A stretch of DNA of 64,000 nt from Raillietiella orientalis (Eukaryota): positions 5,208,001 through 5,272,000 of the forward strand of contig JAYWIR010000005.1 in assembly GCA_036172245.1 (NCBI GenBank), given 5' to 3'. Below, piece after piece: positions 1 to 11,799 of this stretch; positions within the stretch are counted from its first letter, which is position 1; every line of letters starts with the position of its first letter. The notes under the pieces were generated by a model. The model did not search any database and was not told where the DNA came from. It worked only from the letters and a program-made list of their open reading frames with translations. Both the position numbers and the translations under genes were made by a program.

Positions 1-29
1 TGGGAGATGTTCTGTGTAAAGATCCCCTA

Positions 30-2300
30 CATCCCATACGAGACTGACGACCGTTCTCAGGTGGGGGGAATAATTACCGTATTTAACGTCTTCAGTCTCT
101 CATAGCAAAGCACGTTAGAAGGTACTGAGGATGGATTTCTGTTTCCACGGGAAACGCGTTTATTTACGGTGCACCTGCGAGTTCAGGAATGTCCAATCTC
201 ATTCCCGAAGTACGTTCGACGAAGGACCAGAGGTGAACACCACCAAGATCTGGTGAGATCAGAAAGGACCATCACGTACATAGCGCAGAACCAAGAGGTT
301 AAAACTCTTTTACCGCCCAGCCACCTATGCTGAAAGGGCACCCCGTTTCCAAGCGACGCGAACGAGCAAAGGTAAGGAGAAACCGAAGCCGAAGACCTCG
401 CGAAGTCCTCGTCCTTGGCGAGGGCATCCCTAACAGGAAGTGATCCTGCCTCAGGATAAGTAATGTTGCTACTTGCTGTTCCAATAGTCCGGAAAGCAAA
501 CCGCGTGCAGGAAGTGGACAAAAGTCCCGAGCAAGTTCGAGGATAGGCTGATTCGAAATTCCTCGTGAGCGCGCATAGTGGATCCAGGACAGAGTAAGTC
601 TACGAGGCGCACAGGGACTGGATGGTGATGGCGGTTTGATGTCACCTCATGTGGGTGTTGCCTCGCATTGGAAACGCATCCAGGTAGCTTCCGTCTCCTC
701 ATTTCGATCCGGAATCTGTTCGCAGGCGAGCGGATGCCAACACATCCTGGATTTCCGACTTTCCGAGAGAGCATGACCTTTCTCGTTCTCTCGTCTCTTC
801 TTTGCGGTGCGCATCCTTCCTCGCGCATTCCTCCCATGTTATCAGCACCATCTCCATCTCCGCCACCTCTCTGCCCGCTGCCGCGCAGCAACGTGGTAGA
901 ACCAGACCCGCGAGTGACACCAAGCGCAGAACGTCTCCGACATCCCCTATGCAACTGGCGATCGATCTCAGGTGGGAGGAAATCCACCGGGAGTCTTACG
1001 GGAGCCGCAATTAAAGTCTCCAGTCTTACACGGCCAAGCACGTGGGAAGACACCCGAGCGAGGAGAAGCGCCCTTCCTTCGCCAGACCCGGAAGATCGTG
1101 ATTCATGCACCGTACGCTTCCTTCGTCACTCGTTCCCTCCTCCAGAAGTCGGCGAGGAGGACGGTTGTCGGTCGGGATGCCAGTGACCTCCGGTATGCAG
1201 GAGCACCCGGAAGGTAAGCCAGCTTTTCCTGAGATCGCGTTTCGAATGGCAACGCATGACAAGGACTTGCTGCTGCACAGAGTGTTTTAAGGATGCACTA
1301 CGCTCACCCTGTTGCACGCAGGGGCACACGAAACATCGAAAGGACGCATGGGCTGGAGTTTTGCAAGGCCGAGAGGTGTACGAACGAGGCTGCCACATCG
1401 CTCGCGGAGCAGAGAGCTACTCACGTGCATCCTGGTCGTTTAGGAGGGCGCCCGGAGAGGAAAAATCCTCATCACTGCGGACCGATTCGCGTTGCCGACC
1501 TTTCCCTCCTTCCAACGGGATACCGCTCGGAGTTCCCACGAGCGAAACCTTATAGGGACCCTACCGCGGGCAAGGGACCTTCCCGGAACATCACTCGCTG
1601 CTGATCGTTGCGGAGAGGCACGAAGAGTCCACCTTGCCGCTGCCCCTCGCGGGTGGATCCCGGCGGGTTCAAAGTGCATTAGCTTCCCTGCATGACGGAG
1701 TTCACCTTCAGAGCGGGAAAGACGGGCCTGGCCAAAAACGAGGACGCGGATCGATCGGGCAACGCACTCCCGGCGGGCCACGTCGAAACACTCGTGGCGA
1801 GAGGTCACTCACAGTCAATGAAACCGCAGTGCTTCCTGTCCCTCCTCCTTCCAGACTGCCCGCCGCAGAACCGCCCGTCCACTGCGGACGCTCTTGGAAG
1901 CCTCGGTGGCACAGTACTGCCGTTCGTTCCCCCTTTCGCCTCCCCCTCCGTCCGACCCTATCGGAGTACCTCGAACTGCCCGGGAGCCAACGGACATACG
2001 TACTTTGTTCTCGGCCTTCCTTTGGGTCAGCATGCTAGTGGCGACTCCCGCTCCTCCCGTCGACTGCCGGACTCAACACGGCCGAGGCCCGAATAACACA
2101 CTGAGACCCCCTCTGTTCTCGGAAAAGAGCTTCTCTTGATTGGCTCCTCCTCCTCCTGGCAGGCGGTGGCGCCGACCTCTGGACCTAGCGTGTCGTTTCC
2201 CTGGTGGCAGGCGTACCTTCCTAGCCAGCGGTTGCGGGTTTTATGGAAGCCGGGAGACCGAGGTTGCACAACGGTTTTCGGGAAGATCTGAGGGGATTTC
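30..2300 (-). mobile_element. Heavily decayed DIRS-like (tyrosine recombinase) retrotransposon remnant
   Basis: Minus-strand fragments occur in DIRS order. RT-like 'ECFDVARRECVARSIRVLVFGQ' is at ~1720-1800 (cf. DAYFHVPI..HRRFLRFAFG). YR-like 'DLLCPGSTMRAH' is at ~570-605 (cf. LLCPVRALRAY) and 'TFARSRRLET..SIGGWAVKEF' at ~300-375. An imperfect inverted repeat at 37-56/86-104 resembles a DIRS 3' ICR/ITR hairpin. Many frameshifts; boundaries approximate. Confidence 0.45.
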
Positions 2301-3214
2301 GACACGGCACGCATCCCCATTGCCAAATCCTGACCCGGAAAGGCGCGCCCGTCTGGGATCCGCGTTCCGGGAGAGAGTTCCGCGCCTCTGTGGGCGTCCT
2401 CAGCGGAGAGAGCGACCGACGCCCCCGTTCCGTTCAGGAACTTCAGCGGCGCGCCAAGGGGCCACCGGGGCTATGTGCGAGGGACGCCTGAGCGAAGTCC
2501 CACCTAGGAACAACTGCGCGACTCGAAGGATCCCTCCCACCCCTCCTCGGGGCTCTCTCATTCCCTTCGCTCTGGGTGAGCTCCTTGGGAGATGCGAGGC
2601 GGCGGCGGCGAGCGCTCTAGCACGCGTTCAAAATCACGCAGCCCTTCCGAACGGCCTCCTTCCCGTGCCGCAGCACGCTTGCCAACGCTGCTCCCTCTTC
2701 CCGGGACCGTGCCTTGCCAACTACGTATGCGACCATCCCTTTCCCTCCAGGATTTTTACCCCTTCCCTCCTCGTTCTGCTAAGTCAGTTTCCTCCAGGAC
2801 TTACGTTCTCGTTAAAGCTGAGTTCACGACTCAGCGAGATGGCTGGTGGGACGGACGGGCGCGCCTGAGGCACAGGCCTGGCCCTGCTCGGAAGAAGGTG
2901 AGAGGGTGAGCTCTTCTGCGCACCTTGACGGTGCTGCCGTTGCGGGAGATCGGAAGGGATCCGCTTCCGTTTGAGGCGCTCAGCGCGGAACGCACCGGTC
3001 ATCTGGAAGGTTCTTGTAGCGGTCCAGCTGGATCCGCTCCACGGTCAATCGGAAGTGGACTGGGACACGTTTCACACTCGTAGCAGATGCTGTGGGAGAG
3101 AAAGAAAAAAAGAAGAGAGAGAGAGAGAGAGAAGAATCGGTTGTTCAAATGTTTTACCACCTTTCGTCACGGGAAGGCTCCAAGCAGACGCCAGACCGAG
3201 AAACGGACCAGGGT

Positions 3215-3463
3215 TGGCGGCCCTCGCGGCTGCGGCCTCCGCACCTGGCACTGAGCGTTGCGGGTTCGAATCCCCATGTGGAGGATCGACGCCAGAGAAG
3301 TGGAGGGTGAGTCGTAGGTTTCGATCCCCCTCCCCCCCCCCTCACACACATAGGATGACGCTGGTTGGTTTGTAGGCATCGGGTGCGACACCGTTGGAAG
3401 CCGGATGCCCCCCGTCGACTGGACGGGATGGGAAGTCGATCCTCCAGGGTTCCTCCAGGAATC
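3215..3463 (+). mobile_element. tRNA-headed SINE-like repeat, copy 1
   Basis: Pol III B-box GGTTCGAATCC at 3263-3273 follows a degenerate A-box-like TGGCGG start. About 240 bp are collinear with the reverse complement of 23789-24022 (shared blocks include GCTGGTTGG, TGGAAGCCGGATG, GACTGG, GGAAGTCGA). Confidence 0.65.
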
Positions 3464-4149
3464 AAGGGGAGTCGGTTCTCTTCAGGGTTTCGCACCCACC
3501 CACCCGGCTGTCTCGTACCTTGGAGCTAGTTGATACCCCTCTCAAGGGCTGCCTCTCCAGAGTATCAAGAAACGCGCGGCTCCCTTCGGGGAGCGGCCCT
3601 CGGGGAATTTGGAAGCGTCCCTTCGGGGCTCTCTTCATAGGAGAAGGAAACGAAGAGCTCTCCCCTCCAGGGCACCCTGCCAGGGAGAATAAGGAAGAGG
3701 AGGTTCCCTTCCAGGTTCTCTTCGGAGACAACCAGGGCGAAGGTTCTCTTCGGGGCTCCCTCCCAGGCGTGAGAGGAATCGACTCCTTCCTGCGGAGTCC
3801 TTCCTAGATTCGTGCAGTGGTCCCCTCCAAGGGCATCCCTTAACTTTTTAAAAGTCAACACGCACCCTCGGGTAGCCTGGATAGTGTTTAAAGAGCTTTA
3901 TGACCCCCATCCTCAGGTTCTTTAGCGCTCAGCGGACCAAGACACAAAAACTCTTTCCCGAGCTGCTGCAGGTCGGGGGCAGAGTGAATCCTACGTGGCC
4001 ATCCACATGAAGACACGTTAAGAATGCCCGTATGCGAGGGTGCCATGCTAACACAGGTGGGCAGTCACTAAGAGGAAACAACAGCCCTTATGGTGGAACC
4101 GACGCACCGTTAGCAGCGTCGGAGACTACGTGCAGCCATTGTACCGAGC

Positions 4150-6200
4150 CAAAGTCATTATCCATCAGCAGAGACCGAGATCATCATCCACGGAGAATTT
4201 TTCAAGTGCCACCTTATCCATTGCCTCAGAGTGAGGTGTCCATGTAGTTGATCCATTTGCCTCTTGCTTTCTTCTTGGAACTATTCGGGTGGACAGCTGA
4301 AGCTTGTTGCAGCATCCGACGTCGTCTCTTGAGACTCGTTTCACTTTTCCTCCTGGCAGACAGCAGCCGAAGATGCAAATTCTCATTCTCTTTCAGACGG
4401 CTGTTATCTCCGAGGGCACCGAAGGCAGTCCCGTGCAATCGGCATCCCTTGCTGATAGGATTGAGATGTGGATGGAATGCTGTCCTTGCCTGTGACCTTC
4501 CAGATACCCCCATTTCCCTTTTCGGGCAGCTTGCGCAATCTGTTTGTTTCCCCTCGATCCGTGACAGAGTGAGCTGAAAGATTGCTGGGTCTGCACGCAA
4601 AGGCGTGCTCACATCAGGTGCCCTTCTTTAAGTGAAATAAATAACTTCCTTCTCAGAAGACCTCCGACAGCAGCGACTGCTTTTGAGTCCAGAAAATCGC
4701 CCCCAGACACTCTCATGTGTTCATCATCGTCTTCAGAAGGAGGCGAATTCACCCTACTGCGGCAGCTGCACAGTTCGCGGCAAGCGGCAGGAGCATCTCC
4801 TCATAGATCGTACGGGCGTTCCACGGAGTCACCACGGAGGAGCGGTCTACTCCCTTCCCAACATCGACAAGGATCCGCAAGAATTAAGCCCTTGTTCCCA
4901 GGAGATATCTCTGCAGATTCATCAGTGAGGCAGCATCGTACGAGGTCTTTCTCCAGTAACTCCGGGCATTCTTTCACCAACCTCTCACACTGTGCAATTT
5001 CCGGGACAAGAATTCGAACACGTGTCTGCCTCTCGGACGGGAGATTTCACGCACGTTACGCAATGCCTCCTTCCCTGCATCCTTGTCTCTTGGGAATTTG
5101 CCATGGCGACAGGTATGTGCAAGGGTAATCAGTCGTTTTCCTCTGAGATTCTTGCTGGCTTTTCAGGCTTCGCGTGTCTTCACTTCTAGGGGGACAGTCT
5201 GGACAGCCATACAGCCATCCAGAGCGTTGGAGCGGTCTAGATCGCTATCTGGCGCTCGAAGAAAAGAAGTATTTTTTCGTCTTCTATACATGGATGGGAG
5301 ACAAGGGAAACAGAAAACTGAAGGATCCCACCAGCTTCCCACAGAAAACTAAAAGATACTCTCCTAAGAATGTAGGATCAACGGGGCTCCTGAGAATATC
5401 TCATAGGTGTGAATGCTGTCTAACTTCTCTCCGATGAACTTGCAACTCCTTGCAGTTCGTCCTGGAAGCTGGAAATTGAAGGTGAGAAGATTCTCTTCTC
5501 CAGTGTATCTGGAGAAGAAAATCTTGATCGAGGCACCTCAAGACTTGTGCAAATCACTCTTGATCCTGACACAGGCAAAAGTAATCCATCTCGTGCTGAC
5601 CCGCCGAAGATCGGCCACAAGATGGATTCAGAAGGAAAGCCCATCACGGTTCACAAAGAAGACTGAGGAAAAGAAGGATAGGATGGCTAAACAACTGTTC
5701 CGATTTTAGTCTTTCTCAATCTTAGCTCTCACCAATGGAACAGAACGTCTCTTAAGACCAGAAAGGTACCATTCATCCGAGAGCATTGCAAAAACTGGGA
5801 GGATAAGCTCTCAAGAGAAGATCAAGGAATGAGAGTTTCCTTCCAGATTTGAGTCCACAGCAATCTCAAGAAAGCTCCCATGTTCCAGACCTGCTTCTAT
5901 AAAAATTTTTCTCGTGACACTAGAGACGAAGGAGTCGGTTCGTCAGCGGTAGACCTGCTTCACGGAGTCCAGACGAGAGGATCACTTCGATCCCCTGGTG
6001 GATGAAGGAAGATCCGAGGTGGTCCGTTTTGTGAGCAGTTCTTCCAGCGATGAATGCAGGATGAATGGTGACTTGCTCAGAGCTATTCCGGTTCGACTTC
6101 AAGTTCGATTTGCGTGCAGCTTTATTTATGGAAAGAAAGTCTTTCAACTCCTTCAGCAAATTGTTCTGCGCGCTCACCATCTTCCTGGTTTGCTGCTTAC
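4150..6200 (-). mobile_element. Highly decayed L1/Tx1-like ORF2 (RT to 3' region)
   Basis: Residual RT motifs in the expected order on the minus strand: 'KIEKD*NR' (~5700, DxEKAFDRV-like), 'GFPSESIL' (~5630), 'ISSFQDEL' (~5460, YADD-like), 'YEIFSG' (~5400), 'WGIWK' (~4500). Confidence 0.4.
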
Positions 6201-7355
6201 TCCGGAGGCTGGGTTAGATTTTAATCCTGAATAGATGCTTCCACGGAAAACACCTGTGATGGTATTGTGGCCTGCTGGTATAGTCCAGGCCCATTTGTAG
6301 ACTTAAGATAGAGGTTTCAACATTTAGAACAACTCGGTTGATAGTGCCTATGGGGTACAAGGATGAGGTTCTATCCATTCGGGTTTTGCTTCTATAACGA
6401 CTTTGGTGTTATTTCCTTTAGTTGATACATGACGTCTCCCTTTTGCACCTTTTCAATGGTAGTGGTGCGCCGTTCAATTTATTATGGGAATTATTCTTGC
6501 AAACAAACTCTTTGCACCAACGTACAGATTTTCTTTGTTCTGAGCACAGTCATCTGGAATTCTTGTATAATGATGACAGAATAATGGATGCAGAATTCAA
6601 GAATAATGGAAAGTCTATTAAAATCGGTATCATGCCGAGCTGATGCATCGATTTCTACAAAAAATTGATTTTGTAAAAATTCATTTTTTTTATAAAAAAA
6701 TGATTGGTTTTATGCTTGATACAAAAGATACCTACATGTAGTACCAGTCCTACTCTACCTGCCATTTCTTTTTCAAGACTACTCTCTATCTGCATTCAGT
6801 CAATTCATCACTAATAATTGCATACTCGTAATAAAAATAAAAGAAAAATCCATAATACCAAGGCAATTCTCTGCTTCAACAAACTTCACTACCTTGCTTA
6901 GATGCATCTACCGTGACAAGGCTTATCAAATCATAGACCAGATCCACGGACGGTTTGTACTCAATGGATTCACTATGCACCTCATGGTTCCAAGCAAAGC
7001 TATCATTCAATCGTATTTCAATATAAAATTACATTCATACGTCCAAACGTAACACTCCGTGGTTTCCAAACAAGGTAAGTTCCTTTCGGATTATCAAGCA
7101 CCGAGCAAACTCCCTAATAATTCTCTCTACCGACACATCATGTAATTTCCCCTCCTCGTCTCTTTATTACCCATTACCTATACTAGACTGCCTAATTCTA
7201 CTTTATAACTCAAATCTTCCTAACGTCTACATATTTCGCATGAAATCATGGAATACTGACATTAATTGAACTCTTACATTTAGCTCCATCTTCAGGTGCG
7301 TCGTTAAGAAAGGTTCCTAGTGGTTACGAGTTTAGGTTCTTTTTTTTGTAATTAA

Positions 7356-7703
7356 CCCCTTGAGTGCAATGGAAACACATGTACTTCTGGCAAATGTTCA
7401 GCAAGTGTCGTATATAATTTATTACATTGTACCACACCCACATGAATTATTGATTTTATTGGAATTATAATTACAATTTTTAAATAAACAATAATTACAA
7501 TTTTTAAAATATACTTCATTTAATGTGGTGTAAACAGACAATTACAACAGTAACTTTAATCGGCACTTTCTGTAGTCAATCGGTGGCACCTCTGACAGAG
7601 CGCGCGGTACGCGAAGAAGTACTCCGTCCACAGAGGTCGCAGCTGCCACTCGCGTGCCGTCAACACGGAAAATTTCAATCTGATGGGCTCCGCACCCAAA
7701 GGG
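7356..7703. mobile_element. Non-autonomous piggyBac-like MITE (348 bp)
   Basis: TTAA|CCCCTTGAGTGC ... GCACCCAAAGGG|TTAC. The 12-bp TIRs match 10/12 with CCC/GGG ends, flanked by TTAA and a TTAC variant. Confidence 0.65.
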
Positions 7704-8299
7704 TTACTACCCACATTTACAAGAATTCTCAAAACTAACATACATATTACAATATACAAACTAATCACAAATCCTATGTAAAAATTATTACTAACGGACG
7801 AAGCATAATTAAATCATAAATTTAATCCATGTATCTCTGTCATATTAGCTAAATGTTATAATTATTACTAATATGATCACTTATCCCTTTATATTAAACA
7901 GTATATATATAGCACAATAATCATATATATATATATACATGTATACTATTTAAACCTATAAAGTACATCTTAAATCTATAAAGCTCACCAATTAAATAAA
8001 GCCATAGGAAATCATAATGTCATTGCTCTATCCAGAATTCCCTCAAGGGATGAAATACTCTTTCTATTTTGCCACTAAAGTAGTCAACTCCTTTGAGGAC
8101 CAACTAGTGAATGGATGACGTGTACAATTCAGAAGACATTATGTTCGTAAGGTACTCAGTGCACAACAACGAGAGCAGAACGTTCTTCAAGCTCGCATGC
8201 TCCCTCCTCAAAAGGTGTCGCGAGGGGGCAGCTGGAACCTTATATAAGGTGTCTTGTATAAGGTGTGCTGGTACCACCCATTAAAAATGCAGTTTCCCA

Positions 8300-9050
8300 G
8301 TCTTCGGATTATCTGTTGGAAAGCTGTCGAGAAGAGCAGCTGTGTTCTTGTTTCATGCTGTACTCGTTCACTTCAGACAACTGTGATTTGCACGACTGCT
8401 TGCGGAAATTGGGCAGCGTGCAGCTTGCCAGCACCTCGCCCTCCATGGGACAAAAAGCACTGTTTCCCCCTGGAGATGCAAACCTCGCGTCAAACTCCCT
8501 GATTCCGAAAGCGCATTCTACATTCGCAAAGATCGCAAAACAGGGTTGCAAAACACCGCTCGGAATCTAAAAAAGCATAATCGTGAAATTCTTGGAAAAG
8601 AAAAAAAAAAAATTCTTTTCGAGCATTCTAAGGAGAAGCGAAAAAAAATATGCACGCGGAAACACCCTGACAGGGAACGGCGAGTAGGGATTGCACTTAG
8701 TACACCCGCAGCCTTGCCCATGTCCAAAGGATGTACGTCCATGTTCGGACAGTCTCATCGCGCTGTAACACTCCTCTCTAAACGGCATAGACCTCCCATC
8801 CCTTTCCATGAGTGACCAAGGAAACCAAAATTCTCCCCCGTCCTTAAAAGGTTCGCCACGAGATTTAGAGGTAAATTGCGTAAGCTAGTCTGCTGGAATA
8901 ATGGTGAAGGCCTCTGATTAAATGACCACCTATGCACGTACCCTGTTCATCTGAATGCAGAACAAGTGGCAATTGTTTGCAATGACAGTAACCGCTACTC
9001 GCCACTACTTAATATAATAAATAAAATCGGGCTTCCTTACAAAATATCGA
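8300..9050 (-). mobile_element. Decayed PIF/Harbinger transposase fragment
   Basis: ORF 8309-8551(-) reads 'ANVECAFGIREFDARF...VLASCTLPNF', matching the Harbinger DDE C-terminal pattern VECAFGxLxxRF...ACCxLHNF. Upstream parts are frameshifted. Confidence 0.5.
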
Positions 9051-9312
9051 CTCTCTACTATCGTCTGTTTTTTCTTTTGCTGGTTCTGAAAGATAAGAAG
9101 CTCTCCTTCATTCGTTCACTGTGAAACAACTCTGCACTACTCCTGAAGCAAACAAAAAAAAAAAAGTTTTCTATCTTCATTACCCTTTTACGTTCGAATC
9201 GAAGTTTCTGGATGCAATTACTAGAATGCTAAGAAAAAAGATGTTCACTTGTCTTGGATAATTAATGACGACCTTTTAATGCTCCCTGTGGCCCCGCATT
9301 GCAAGTAAGCTG

Positions 9313-10120
9313 TTCTTCACCGGGGCGCGCCGGGGCGTTTATTTAAAAACTATCTGAGAACAAAGTTCCTAGACAAAGTTGGAAGAGAGGTCGCCCCGAC
9401 ATACAGGTCAGTAAACCGAAATTCCGGATGGGGAGAGAGGGAACCACAAATAAATATATAAAAAAACATAGAAAAAGATATGGAGGGGTATGGGGACAGG
9501 GAGTCTTTGGCTTCAGCCGTTGCTTCCTTTCAGAACCGGCGTTGGATGACGGGGATCTCCTTTCTCACTTCTTCTGGAAGATGAGGCCATCTGGCAACCG
9601 TCGTCATGTTGTCGTCGGCTAAACCGGTGACCTCTCCAAAAATCGCCTGCGACTCCAACAGGCGGCGGGCTGAGTCGATGGCGCGCATGCAACAAATCGC
9701 TGCGACAACCTCACCTAACGACAGGCCGCCTGGCGTGAAAAAGCGGCGCATCACAATCATTGCGGTGTCCCCCTGCAGCAGCAGAGCTGAGGTCAGCCTC
9801 CACCACAGTCCTTGGAGGACACCGCAATCGAAGAGCAGGTGCGGGAGCGTTTCCGCTTCTCTGCACCGTCCACAGTTTGGGGAGGCAACTCCCCCGGAAA
9901 CAATGTTGCTACGCTGGTTGCAATGGAAGCCCCAATGCACAGCAAGAGCACGTGGTGCTTCCATGGAAGGGGGAACACAGAAGTGTCCACGCACGAGGGA
10001 GGGACCACAAGTTCTTCGGGGGGCACGTAAGCTGTCGCAGCTGGCATAGCCCGTAGGAATGACATCTCTGCCTTCATGTGGCCGTGCAAGGTGAGCCTCC
10101 TTGGCCTTGCACGGTGTCAA
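9313..10120 (-). mobile_element. L1/Tx1-clade LINE, 5'-truncated 3' fragment
   Basis: ORF 9530-10120(-) carries a zf-RVT-like CCHC 'CGRCREAETLPHLLFDC' and ends 'ARWPHLPEEVRKEIPVIQRRF*'. The 3' UTR ends in AATAAA plus a conserved GC motif. Homologous to 38060-39386. Confidence 0.8.
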
Positions 10121-10149
10121 CTCGAGAATTTGTACTTAGTGATACATGA

Positions 10150-11000
10150 TATTTACGTCTCGGGTATGTGGACCTTTATGATCCACAAACCCGTATATCC
10201 TAACTGGTGCATTTCTTTACTTTTTTCCAAGTCATTTGTAACGTCTTGTGTTTCAGACGATCACTGGATTTTAGATAGCCCTTGCTTCCCTGTCTGGAAA
10301 ACTCATCTCACGAGTGTGACATCGTTTCTGTAATATTCTGTGGGATCATAAGCCCCTCCAAGGACGTGTCTACACTTCTGGTGATCAGAATTTCATATCG
10401 GTTTTATGCAGCATGTTTCTTCGAGAATTACGGAGAGTTATAGCAACCGGAACCATTCCCGACTCTAATTCGTTCAAATCATTGTACTTCAGTAGGGTGC
10501 GCAAGTTTAAACCAAACCATATGCCTTACATCCCTGTCTGTTAATTAGGATAAGAAGATTACCTCGTTTGTTCCTTTGTTTCCCTCTCTTGTTGCATCTT
10601 TGTAACTGTTTCCTTAGCTTTGTCCCTCGGTGTCCATCCAAACTCATTAGTTATTTTTCCATCCTCCACCCGTTTCTCTGCATTAGATCCTTTCTTTCTT
10701 TTCTTCCATAATTTGCTCTCCTTTCACTCTTCCTTGCACCAAGAATGCATTTTGTATAAGCTCCATGACAACATGCACATCATGAACTTATTACCCCTAA
10801 AATGTTCCCCACTTTCCCGTTGTCTTAAGAATTCAGATGCCTTCGCTTGCAGTTGAGACCAGCTGGTCGTGATTCTCAATTTTTTAACTGTACTTTGCAG
10901 AGTAAGCACCTATTATCACTGTACTTTCGTTCCCTTGACAACGCACTATTGTAATCTACAAGAATAAAGAATAACGCAGAGAAATTCAAGGAAGACATTT
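10150..11000 (-). mobile_element. Decayed LTR-retrotransposon (Gypsy-like) integrase remnant
   Basis: Ordered motifs on the minus strand: 'FILVDYNS' (~10950, first D), 'SGEHFRGNKF..SW' (~10790, DNGxxF-like), 'CYNS..RYEIL' (~10390-10450), 'GYTGLWII' (~10190, GPY/F-like). Confidence 0.45.
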
Positions 11001-11129
11001 TCAACAGCTTCAATCGTTTTTTCACCTTTCTCTTTTGTTTTTTTTTGAGAGGGACATCCCAGAATATGTGGTGTTTCTTTTTGAGGTGAGGACTTTGCCG
11101 GAGAGGTTCACATCCTCGGTTCGAGTCCA

Positions 11130-11760
11130 CAGTCTCCCGCTTGGCATCGTGGGTTTTCGCCATTCAACCAAGCTTGCTTGTTTCAGTTTCGGAGGTGGTG
11201 TACCAGACTGAAGGCTGGTGATCTTCTGATAGGCCGACCAAATAGGTCTGAGCTTGGTCGCTCAGAAGTCCACCTGGACATCCAGTGACTCCAGTACTGA
11301 TGCCCGGTTACGTTGGATGTTGGACGACACAGAATCTTCTAGAAAAGATGGTCAAGATAGTAAAGAACAAGCCTTCTTTATTCCACCCCCCTGTTCGCTC
11401 TACTCTACTGGAGTACATTCCTGGAATTTCCGGTTCCCGCGGGGCATCATCGTTCTTGATGTTCCAGGGTCCCTGTGATCAGACGCTGATCGTGCAAAAT
11501 AGCCTCTTGGATTCCCGAGGGAGAAAGACCGAGAGCGTGGTTCCCACGTTTTCTGTTTCTTCGTCCACGCACCTCCTGGAACGCTGCCAATGTGCTTTCG
11601 AAGGGGACAGTCGAATCAAGCATTCTGGAGTGGTCCCTTTTCCCGAGAACGAGGCCAGCTCAGAAGGGCGACTGCTGCTGGCCAGGATCTCTGATTGTCC
11701 ATTTGTCACTTTCCTGATTCAGCCGTGCCTTCCCGTTGCCGGATTCAAGATGCTTCAAGA
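11130..11760 (-). mobile_element. Decayed CR1/L2-like RT fragment
   Basis: 'SVFLPRESKRLF' (VFLDxSKAF-like), then 'TGCPGGLL' (SGVPQGSVL-like) and 'THDAK' (FADDTK-like) at plausible RT spacing. Confidence 0.35.
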
Positions 11761-11799
11761 TGTGTAGCAGCGTTTCGTCCCGGTAAGGTGCCAGAAATG

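Noticed and set aside
469..3000. Long overlapping ORFs (213, 172 and 242 aa) in GC-rich DNA
   Set aside because: Arg/Pro/Ser-rich shadow frames expected at high GC, with no recognisable domain beyond the decayed DIRS-like motifs.
11117..11129. B-box-like GGTTCGAGTCC suggesting a tRNA gene
   Set aside because: No cloverleaf or acceptor stem can be built around it.
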